A stretch of DNA of 59,900 nt, filler included, from Sphacelaria rigidula (Eukaryota), in NCBI GenBank assembly GCA_964200075.2. It is 6 parts of 6 records of this genome, joined end to end, with 100 filler letters (N's around TTAATTAATTAA, not from the genome) between each part and the next. Parts side by side here need not be neighbours in the genome. Positions count along the whole stretch, not along the records: positions 50,002 to 59,900 come from CAXNAA020007528.1; 5 more parts are not named here. One strand, written 5' to 3'. Below, one piece after another: positions 50,741 through 59,900 of this stretch (the stretch's first letter is position 1; each line of letters starts with the position of its first letter). The notes below the pieces were generated by a model, which did not search any database, had not been told where the DNA came from, and worked only from the letters and a program-made list of their open reading frames with translations. Made by a program: the position numbers and the translations under genes.

Positions 50741-52680
50741 CCCTTGGATAGCGAGGGTAGGACACCTGCTGAATCGTCATCAATTTGACTTGAAGAGAGT
50801 GAGTGATCCAGATGGACTACCCGCATCGTGGTCTAAGGGTTTAGCTATCAAAACAATATCTCATCGACACAGACGAGTTGGACCATGATCCGCATACGGT
50901 ATTGATCGTCTAATCCAGGAGAAAGTGCCCATCTGCTCGATAATCTCGGCTATTTTTTTCTCATTGAAACCCCATGTCGAGTAATTCCCACACCCTACGG
51001 ATATAGGGTACATAAAAAAGTCTATGTGAAAGCCCGAACGGCATATGCAGCGGATGACGATTTTTGGAATTCACGTTCCTCTTGAGCACGCGGAAACAAT
51101 CGATACCCTCATCCTCACCTGATTCGTTGTCTGTCTCGAGACATGGCGCACACAAGATTCCATACTGAAGTGAATACATTGCGAGCAGTGACTTTCGCGT
51201 CTCAGTTTTTGGGAGTTGTGCTTTGAAATTCGGTATGGAGAATCGCTAGGACACAATGGAGAAAATCAGCTTCTCGAGATTTTATTCACTTATTTTGATT
51301 TCAGGGGCGTTTCAAGTGGAAATGAACGTTGATCTTGCCCTTACGTGAGTTTTTCAGCTCATCTTTTGAAGCTGTAATTTGAGATTTGGCATCGAGAATC
51401 GCACGAGCATGCTGAGCATAAAAAAAAGTGGCCCTCCTTGTTTTTTTGAGAGAGTTGAGAGCGTTCTCGTGAAAATGTGTTTTACTATAATGTAACTCCC
51501 TCAACTCATGAACGGAGAACATCAACCCGTCTCTATTTTTCTGTTGATCACGCCATAGCGAGGTCCTGCACAAAATTTCAAAACACAAGTATCAAACCTA
51601 GGCCTGTAAGTGACGTGCAAGATACTGTTCCGAAATTCGACTGGCCCGGTTTCTAAATAGCCCCACCTCACCTCAATTTTGAGAGTGGGACTTCCAAATT
51701 TGGTACGGAGAATGAATAGGGTATATGAAGAAAGATATCGGGGCGACGAGCTTTTGTTTGTCATGTATGAGCTCATGTCATTTCACTGAATACTGGATAC
51801 TCATTACTACCTATATAAAAAGAGCATTAATCGTCCCCTTTTTTTTCATGCCCTGTTTATGTTGTGAGCCAGAGTTGAAATTCCGACGCTCGAAATTGAT
51901 GTGAGCCCCGTGCTGCGACCTACACGTTCTTGTCTAGGCTGAACCAGCTCGTATTCATAGTGGGTTTCCACTGTTGAGCATGGTGTGAGAAATAATCCCA
52001 GATCGTATGACTTCACCGAGATTCAAACCCACGATCCGACCGTCAAAAAATTCCGAGGTTACCAACTGTGCCACCGGAGCGAGCGGTCCACGGTTGATAG
52101 TAACATGAAAGGTACTTTAACACCAAGACATGCATGAGGAGCGCCAGTAACGACTTGACAGTATAACTACTCCTGCAGCACTACGCAGGGTATGTTGCTT
52201 GAATACATCACAACAATGGTGGTAGCCTGCGCGCACCGCTTCCTTGCGCTTGGCAGCATGAGCTTCGTACTCGGCATACCGAAACGTACACCCTCGTAGC
52301 CTGTTGAGAACGAACCGTCGCGGGTCCCCATTTTCGATTTTTCATTATAACACGCAGAATCCAAATGTTCAGATAAATAGGCGTGTTGTGGCACTTGATA
52401 ATCAACAGATCTGCAGCGAAATTTGACCACGGGAGATTTCAGGCGATCTGGGAGTTGCCGGATGATGAACGGGTAACCCTTGGATTGCATACCTCGCCAA
52501 AGAAAAGTTTGACCAGCTGACAGTCTACACATATGCAGAGCGTTCCAGTAAGCGGTGGAGTGGTTTCTGATCGAGCTTCAACCCTTAGACCACGATGCGA
52601 GTAGTCTATCTGGATCACGCATACTTTTTCAATAAAGCTGATGAAGATTCAGCAAGTGAACTACCCTCGCCGTCAAAGGG
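50741..52680. mobile_element. piggyBac-like non-autonomous element
   Basis: About 110-bp imperfect TIRs starting CCCTT and ending AAGGG. Flanks tcaa / ttag resemble a degenerate TTAA TSD. Confidence 0.6.
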
Positions 52681-53906
52681 TTAGGGGGGGGGGGGGAGGA
52701 TCTTGTTCCCAGATCAACCGAGAGGCTTACAAAGTTGACCATGTGTGTCTGGAAGAATCCAGAGGAAAATTATAGGTCGGGCCTTAAGATCAGGTCCGAC
52801 GGGTGCGGAGTGAACATCTTGAGGTTTTCAATTCGGCAACTCGGTCAGTGTGTTACCCTACAGATCACCCACCTTGCACACTGGCCGTATTTGACCGTTT
52901 TGGGTGTTCACCAATCAAGCCGAAGCACACAAGAGAATAGGATGCTTCTTCGCTGTGGGTAGTTATCGCCCCACCCCTGCTCTTTCCCGAGAAGGAAGCG
53001 CGGTCAAAAGTCAAACGACTACGTCAAGCAACAAATGAGTATGCCCTTCCCCCTCGTGTGCTCCAGATATTCACACTTTGTTGCCTGTATTGGTGTTGTG
53101 AAACGCTAGGCAGAGATGATGAAGAGCGTGCAGTAGACGATGTGTAGTTGAGAGTGATCACCAGCTGTTTGTTCCATACCGTTGTACTCGGTCGCTGGTG
53201 AGAAGAAAATTGTACGCACTGTACAGCAGCAGCAGTAGACAATCAGGAAGTGAGTACAGTTGAGACGGTGCGACATGGGAGCAACATCAAAACATGCTGG
53301 AGGTGTGCCAGTACTGCCCTTTGATTATCAGGATTCTCAAGGCATCCACGTGCCGATGTCGGAAGGTGTTCCGAGGCGAGCTGTGGGGGGTCGCAACCTA
53401 AGTGTTGAACAAGCCCCTTTTTACTACATTTCGGGGAATAGAGGGGGATACGGTCATGGTTCAATCGCTAATTACCACGAGTGCGCGTGAGATGTAGGCG
53501 TTGTCTCGAGCCTGCACGCCCCTCGAAAGTTTGAGATGAGCAATCTCTCCCATGTACGATAATTCTGCTGACTGTAGTATATTGTAATAGTCTTCGCGAT
53601 GGTTTGGTAAACCGTACTCTCTTCTCCGAGTAATGATTCGGCCAAGGCTCGTCACACATGAACCTCTTCGATTCGCAATTTTACGTGTATATATTTATGT
53701 ATATACACGGGGGAAGATATGGGATTATCTCTTGAGACCATGGATTCGTTCGAGTGCTGGGGAAGGAGGGGGGGGAGTGTGAACCCTGCAAAAAACAAGA
53801 ATCCAGCCATTGCATGGTAAGCGTAGCACGTGCAAGTTGTATCTCTCGAGTACCCATTTCCGTCCGTTCTGGAACGATCGTTTGCTCTTTCTCCCATGCT
53901 CTACAG

Positions 53907-54063
53907 AAGCATTGATGGCATATATCACGCTGCAGCCGGAGCTCATCCAGGAGCTGGTGGACCTTGTGCGCGTGAGGACCGAGCCGGGTCCGCTTAGAGA
54001 CTCCGTTCCCCTGGACCTTTCCGTGCTGGCTGTGCACTGCTTGGCAGCCCTGGTGCACACCAG
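53907..54063 (+). CDS. Exon of HUWE1/UPL1/Tom1-like HECT E3 ubiquitin ligase (DUF908/DUF913 region): EALMAYITLQPELIQELVDLVR...LAVHCLAALVHT
   Basis: ctacag/gtacga splice sites. Resembles the UPL1 EPExINELxxIVR motif. Phase joins the next exon. Confidence 0.85.
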
Positions 54064-55850
54064 GTACGAATATTATAAATTTCCACCACAAAGTAGCTGT
54101 AATACAAGAGCTGTTGCCGTACATGGCATTGGTCATACGATTTGGGCCAGCAGCGAATCCCACATTTGCACGTCACCATAGCTTATCAAGTTCACTAAAT
54201 CAGCCCGACTTGAGTATATCGGTGTGACCGGCAGACCAACGTAGTAACGCACGGGTCCGCCGCTTGATGAAAAAAATAGAAGAATGTACTGCATAATGTA
54301 TCACCTAACCGACGGAACAAGAAAAAAATCCATCGGGATTCGAACTCTTGACCTCCATTACTGGAGGCAACTAACTGCATCACTTGGATAGAAGGAGGGC
54401 AGCCGTGCCACACGAGAAGTTGGATGCTACGCCAAATTTCTGGAATTTTTCGCCAGAATTGCACCAGGATCTCCTCCACACGAGGACGCACAACTACGAA
54501 ACGGATACCCCTGTATTTATTCATTTTCGCGGAGTTATAGCATTTTTCTAGTTTTTGCAGAAACTTCAAATCGCCCCAACTTTCTGTTGGCTTGTTTTCC
54601 TTGGCATCCCCGGGAAGGTTAGGTTTTGCGTAGTGATGATGAGAATGTATCACACGTCGGACAGGTCATGAGCTACCTGGATATTACTTGTTATTAGAAT
54701 ACCCATCCGGATCATGAGCGAGCTCGTTTGGCCACTATTTCCGTATTAGCTCCCGACAGCGATGTACACCGAGCATGCTGTGTAGCGGGAGGGTAACGCC
54801 TTGGCTTCTTGGACACCGCTGTCAAGGGTCTTGTGTTTTGTACAAGAAATCTGAGAGTTTTATTTGATTGGTTATATCAGGTATCTCATGAGCTGTCCGA
54901 CCTGTAAAATATTTTGTCCAAATTTTGGCGCCCAACGCCCCGGATTACCCACCGCACGGCCCGGATACATTCGCAAATCACTGTCAGCTGGCCCAGCCCG
55001 TAGTGCTTTCACTTTGGAGATCGCGTGGAGTTTGTTGGTGAAGGTCGATCGTTCCCGGCTTTCTGTGTTGAACAGCTCTCGCTGACCTCACTGGGCTTGA
55101 ACTCGGCGTCAATAATGTCTCCGAGAAATTAAAGATGACAAATTTGTGTAGGTCGACGTTTTTCGTCGCTGCCATGCCCAACATTCTCGTGAACAGAAAT
55201 GAGATGAATCTTTAGAGCCTCGCAACTTCAGGTTACCCCTGAGGTATCCGGTGTTGCCAATACCGTAAAAAAAAAGCCCAGCGACTCCTGACGTACCCGA
55301 AATTAAAATAAAAAAAAAACAACAACCCGGTGTGCCCTTGAAGTACTCGGTATTGTGAAAACCCGTTGAGGCAGGTGTATCCGTGAGTGACCTAAGATTG
55401 TAGCTACCCTGCACTCCTGAGATACCCAGTATCACATGATGAATCAAATAGTTTCATCCGATGGATTGTCATACACCAAGTGTTCCCCAAAGGATGCAGG
55501 CGTTAAACAAGATGTACGCACACTGCCCAAGACGAAGGAAACGGAACCACTCGCCGAAGGAAACTCGACAAGAGAAGAGATGAGAGGATGAAGACAACGG
55601 GAAAAACTGAATAAAATCGAAAGACAAGGCAGAAAAGTAGGAGGAAGAAAAGGAAGGAAGATGAGAATGGGACAGAAAAACGAAAATAGCGTGGAAACCC
55701 ATGGTATCTCTGAGACGCACGGTATCTCGAGTACGTTGTCAACCAACGGTGCCATACGGTACTCTCTTTTCAGCAGTGTCATTACTCCATTGTGTAGGAA
55801 CCATGGCCTCATGTGCCTCGCCTCCCCCCTCCCTCTCACTTCTTCGCTAG

Positions 55851-56148
55851 GAGCGGAGGTACCAACTTGGGCTTGGTGGCAAGACACACACACGTGTTTC
55901 AAGAGCTAGGCATCACGCGAGGGCAGTATACTGGCCTCTTGCCGCTGCTAGTGCGACACGGAGTGGCAGATTTGTTCACCATGCCGGACCGCAACAGCCC
56001 TACTGCTGCTGCCGCGGCCGCCACGGCGGGTGCTGGGGATGGTGGCGGTGCGGAGACGAAGGGGGCGGCCGGGGGTGGGAAGAGGGGGAGTTTGAGAGAG
56101 CGAGGCCAGCAGCAGGCGGGTCCGAGTTCGGACGGTGGTTGGGCAGAG
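55851..56148 (+). CDS. HUWE1/UPL1-like exon (SGGTNLGLVARHTHVFQELGITRGQYTGLLPLLVRHGVADL...)
   Basis: cgctag/gtgcgt sites, phase 2 to 0. YTGLLPLLVR resembles HUWE1 YHGFLPVLVR. Confidence 0.85.
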
Positions 56149-56828
56149 GTGCGTCAAAAGGGTTGGTTTGTAGTTTTTCATGTTCCAATCTATGCGTGCG
56201 TCAGTGTCGCCTTTCATTGTATGTGTTACATGCGTGTGTTGGGTCATACTCCACTGGGTGTTGTATGTACGTGTGCATGTGAAACCGTAGCGACATATTA
56301 TGCGAGGTCGCTCGGGTAGCTTGATCATTTTCAACCACGCTTCATAGTGGATGATTTTATGGTGTTGAAGATGATGGAGAGAGCCGTGTTCAGGGGGTGT
56401 TGTTGCTGTTTGTGTGGCCGTTTCACTGAACTCATTCGTGGTCGTCGATTCCGCCACCTTTGCCTGCACTCGAAAATTGTCCCATGCATTCATTCCGGCA
56501 TGGGAACAAAAGGAGAGGCGCGACGAAAACCGGAGCACTAGGTGCCAACAAGCACTCTGTGCAGTGGATTTCAAACCCAGAAAATGTGTCTAGGGAACGA
56601 CCGACCATGCCACTGAAAATAGTCCACAGTATGTGTGTTGCACCGCAGACGGCAAGGCGGCAGGCAGACGATAGAAACGAGCACAGACATGGATTCAAAA
56701 TTACCAGACAGCTATTCATGATGCTGTCTGCAGTAGACCGCACGGAAACAACCTGTCTCCCATTAGATGACCATCCCACCGCACTGCCCCTTTTCTCGTC
56801 AATTTTGCTCGACTTCCTCGAACCACAG

Positions 56829-57073
56829 TCGAAAGTTTCTGGCCCACCCCCGGGCGCCACATCGCCACCACCACCAGACGCTGCATTGTCTCTTGGAATG
56901 GCCTTTGTTGAAGCTGCCGGAGCTTCCCCACTGTTATCGTCATCATCTAGAACCGCAAATAACGCCGCTGCGCCAAAGACGGCGGTAGACGGTGGAGTGG
57001 GGGGTGAGACGGGGGACGCGACGGTGTCTGCTGCTCTTTCGACAACCGGACTGTCGGAGCTTGACCAGCTACG
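56829..57073 (+). CDS. HUWE1/UPL1-like exon, low-complexity insert (SKVSGPPPG...LSELDQLR)
   Basis: ccacag/gtgagc sites, phase 0 to 2. The split Arg codon CG|A is completed by the next exon. Confidence 0.8.
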
Positions 57074-58018
57074 GTGAGCGTTTTGGGTAGTGGTGGTGAA
57101 AGTGACGGTGTGGTGTTGCGTGGCAGTTGCTCTTTCTTCCGTTCCTTTATTTTTCATTCTTCACGCCTCTCCCTTCCTACTGGAGATTAGATCGTAGTCC
57201 CGAGGGATGAATCCATCTGTTATTGGGTGCCTGCCGATTTTTTTTTCGTGAGCTTTGTATCATTCCTCCTTCAGATCGTCGACTATTTCAACATTTTTCT
57301 CCTTTTTGCGTTCTCACGCCTTGAAGACGAACACCAAATCTGAGCTATAATATTGCTGTGGAGATGTGAAAGCACTTATTTTGTACGAACTGGCCGATGA
57401 TGTACGTGACACTTTGACGGTCCAGGTGCGGCCGGAGGTGTAACATAGTTTTGGGGGTAACCCGCCGGGCTGCTGAAGTTGGGCTAGCTACGACAACCGT
57501 CATGTGTTGGTGGTTTCGGTTGTCGTGGTTGGCATTTCTATAGTCGAGTTGCAGAGGTAGAACAGTTATAGTGGTGATCAACCCCGAGGCTGTCGGGGCT
57601 TCGCTGGCAGATACGAGCATCTTGTCTTGCAGCGATGGTGATGGGTTATGGTCTTGGGCTAGTGGTGGAATAGTATTAGTGGCATGCGGAAGTGACGGTC
57701 GTGTGGAGAGGATAATGGTCCAGTTGAAAGTATGCGGTTTGCCTACGGCACTTGTATTGCAATTTCGTTGCTTACCCTGCATATCTGCACCTTCAACTCT
57801 GAGGATGTTTTTCTGTTACCGGTGTGTGTGGACATTTCACTTCTATGCTGCTGCAAATGACGGGTTTTTGATGTCACTCTCTCGGTTCGGCTCCTTTCAT
57901 GTATGCTGTGATTATAGTTGTTTCTGTCTCATCTCCTCGGGATCGTTTTTTTTCTCTCCGTGTCTTGATACATTTCTTCACACTTCTGTCGTGTATATGT
58001 ATACTGTTTTGCTTGCAG

Positions 58019-58145
58019 ATGGGTTGAAGCGGTCTTCAGCCTGGTGTGGGCAGTGGTGAGCGTACAGCCAGGAGCGGCCGCCATGACGGAGTGCGGGCTT
58101 ATTCCGTCCCTGCTCAACGTGGTACAGCTCAATATGGACGGGCAG
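58019..58145 (+). CDS. HUWE1/UPL1-like exon (WVEAVFSLVWAVVSVQPGAAAMTECGLIPSLLNVVQ)
   Basis: ttgcag/gtgaag sites. Resembles HUWE1 [35 protein letters not shown]. Confidence 0.88.
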
Positions 58146-58703
58146 GTGAAGGCTTGATGACTTATGCGCCAGATCCCACACATCCACGCTAGGTGGACGA
58201 CTTGAACTATGTGATCAAGAGACCCCTTTTCGATCTTGGAAAAACACCAGTTGAGGGGCTAGGGATCATCTGTGTATCGTATTCATGCTGGCATCGAAGA
58301 CTGTACTCACGAGCACGACGGGGAATTATTCGGTTTCGGGAGGGCGAAAGGCATCGAATATGAAGGTCGGCTGGCGATACTATTCCGAAAAGAGACCTGG
58401 TACTGGCACCCGGTTGGATGCAAGTGTTGGATGTTCGCATGTCGTACGTTGTCGAACAACTATACACGGGCGTCAGGGTACATCTGTTTTGTGTTTGGAT
58501 GTTTAAATGGCTTGAAAAGATTTCAGTAGCGACGAACTCAACATGGACCTCACGGCGTGAATGCTCACGTATTGTATGGTTTTTGACTGAAGTGAGGAAC
58601 AGGAGTCTTGTGGATGATGTTGCTACTTCCAATGCTTTGATATATAGTAGCAGCAGCGGCTGAGTTTTTCTTCTCTTTTCAAAATATGTATTTCTGTGCG
58701 CAG

Positions 58704-58832
58704 GGCTTTGGTGGAATGGACCAGCCTTTCCATCGGCGTTACGTGGTATCACAGGCGGTCCAGATCATGGAGACAGCCGTGGTGAACAACAGCACAGCGC
58801 TCGCTACCTTCAGGGAGATGGACGCGGCAGAG
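58704..58832 (+). CDS. HUWE1/UPL1-like exon (GFGGMDQPFHRRYVVSQAVQIMETAVVNNSTALATFREMDAAE)
   Basis: gcgcag/gtaagt sites, 129 nt, phase 0/0. Resembles the DUF913 VTRAVRVVD...AF segment. Confidence 0.88.
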
Positions 58833-59353
58833 GTAAGTGCCGTGCAGTATGCCTACGAATTGATCGTACATGTATGTTTGTTTTACCCTTTTTCAGGATC
58901 ATGGGGGAGTCGAAGCTGTTTTTCATGCACAAGTGGCCAAACGAATGTGTACCCTTTGACGACATGGGCCTGGTAGCACCATTTAGTCGGATATAACCCC
59001 AAACCTTCGAGGCGCCTGCGAAACGTTGCAGCCAAAGGGTACAAGTAGCATGAATGAGTCAAGGGTAGATTCCTTCGAAGCGCCTGCCAAGTGACGGAAC
59101 GGCGAAGATTTTTGGATCTGTCCGCAGGAGTAATCATGAACTGAGGCCAAGTCGCAAACGTGCGCATTGCCATATGTACAAGTAGCATCATGCAGTCAGG
59201 GGCATGTGCCTCCGAGACCCGTGCTACAGGAGGCTTTGTTGGAACTGTTTCATTCCGTGTCATCTGTTTTTCTTCGAATATACCGGGGTCCTCACATGCC
59301 AGGGTCTCAGCACACGTGCATCCCGGGATCATATTTTCCGACAAACTGTTCAG

Positions 59354-59473
59354 GTACTTGCTGCAGCGTTTTCTACTGAGCTCGGAAGATTACGGGATGC
59401 AGGAGCCGCCGCCTCGGAGAAGGGTGTCGGCGGTATGCTTGTGGACGGAGGAGGGTCAGAAGCGACCCCGGAG
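59354..59473 (+). CDS. HUWE1/UPL1-like exon (VLAAAFSTELGRLRDAG...); gene continues beyond the window
   Basis: gttcag/gtgaaa sites, 120 nt, phase 0/0. Confidence 0.78.
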
Positions 59474-59900
59474 GTGAAACACCTTGAGAATGTTGCACAC
59501 CTTGGACAAAATATGGTCAATAGATACAAATTACGAGAAATGTAGTGCATGAAGCATAAGCCTATTGCAACTACTGCCGGCCGATGATGATCGCGATAGG
59601 CCCATGCATTATGCAGTACGTTTCTTGTCTATTGCAACTTTTGACCATATATTGTCCAAGGTGTGGAATTTTCACACCTGACAATGTAGATGAGAGGCAT
59701 TATCGATCAGTGTGTGAAACACGGTGAACGCCGACCGACCGACTTGTGTAGTGTCGAAATTACTAGGTTGAAAATGATAGATGGCCCGGGACTCAGCCAA
59801 GCAGTGCTGCATAAGCCAGACTTTGCGGTACAGTAGTCAGCGTCAGAAGTATGCAGAATCCGTAATTTCTTAGTTTCTCAAAGATTGTCCAAATTTGTTT

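Noticed and set aside
56432..57157. 241-aa and 208-aa minus-strand ORFs over the HUWE1-like exons
   Set aside because: Antisense shadows of GC-rich exons.

Overview
Eukaryotic, repeat-rich nuclear DNA. Short GC-rich exons in long introns and the repeat landscape suggest a brown alga or related stramenopile; this is an inference. The window is not one locus. It is six segments of 9901, 9901, 9900, 9900, 9899 and 9899 nt, joined by identical 100-nt N44-TTAATTAATTAA-N44 linkers, so it looks like size-sorted unplaced contigs and no synteny can be read across linkers. Host genes: (1) 3' exons of an unknown multi-exon gene (+, about 301-9796); (2) an intronless P-type PPR gene (-, 22742-24385/24640); (3) one exon resembling dimethylarginine dimethylaminohydrolase/amidinotransferase (+, 38295-38423); (4) six phase-consistent exons of a HUWE1/UPL1/Tom1-like HECT E3 ligase N-terminal region (+, 53907-59473). 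Most of the rest is transposon-derived: RTE-like and other LINE remnants, two tRNA-derived SINE families, hAT-type MITEs with 8-bp TSDs, foldback MITEs, piggyBac-like and pogo-like non-autonomous elements, an LTR with PPT and a decayed hAT-like transposase. I could not support a novel multi-gene system. The best leads are several miRNA-like hairpins, unclassified element families (AACAGC termini without an obvious TSD; G-tract-anchored GTACTCAT ends), a duplicated decayed unknown ORF, and the intronless PPR gene head-to-head with a LINE.
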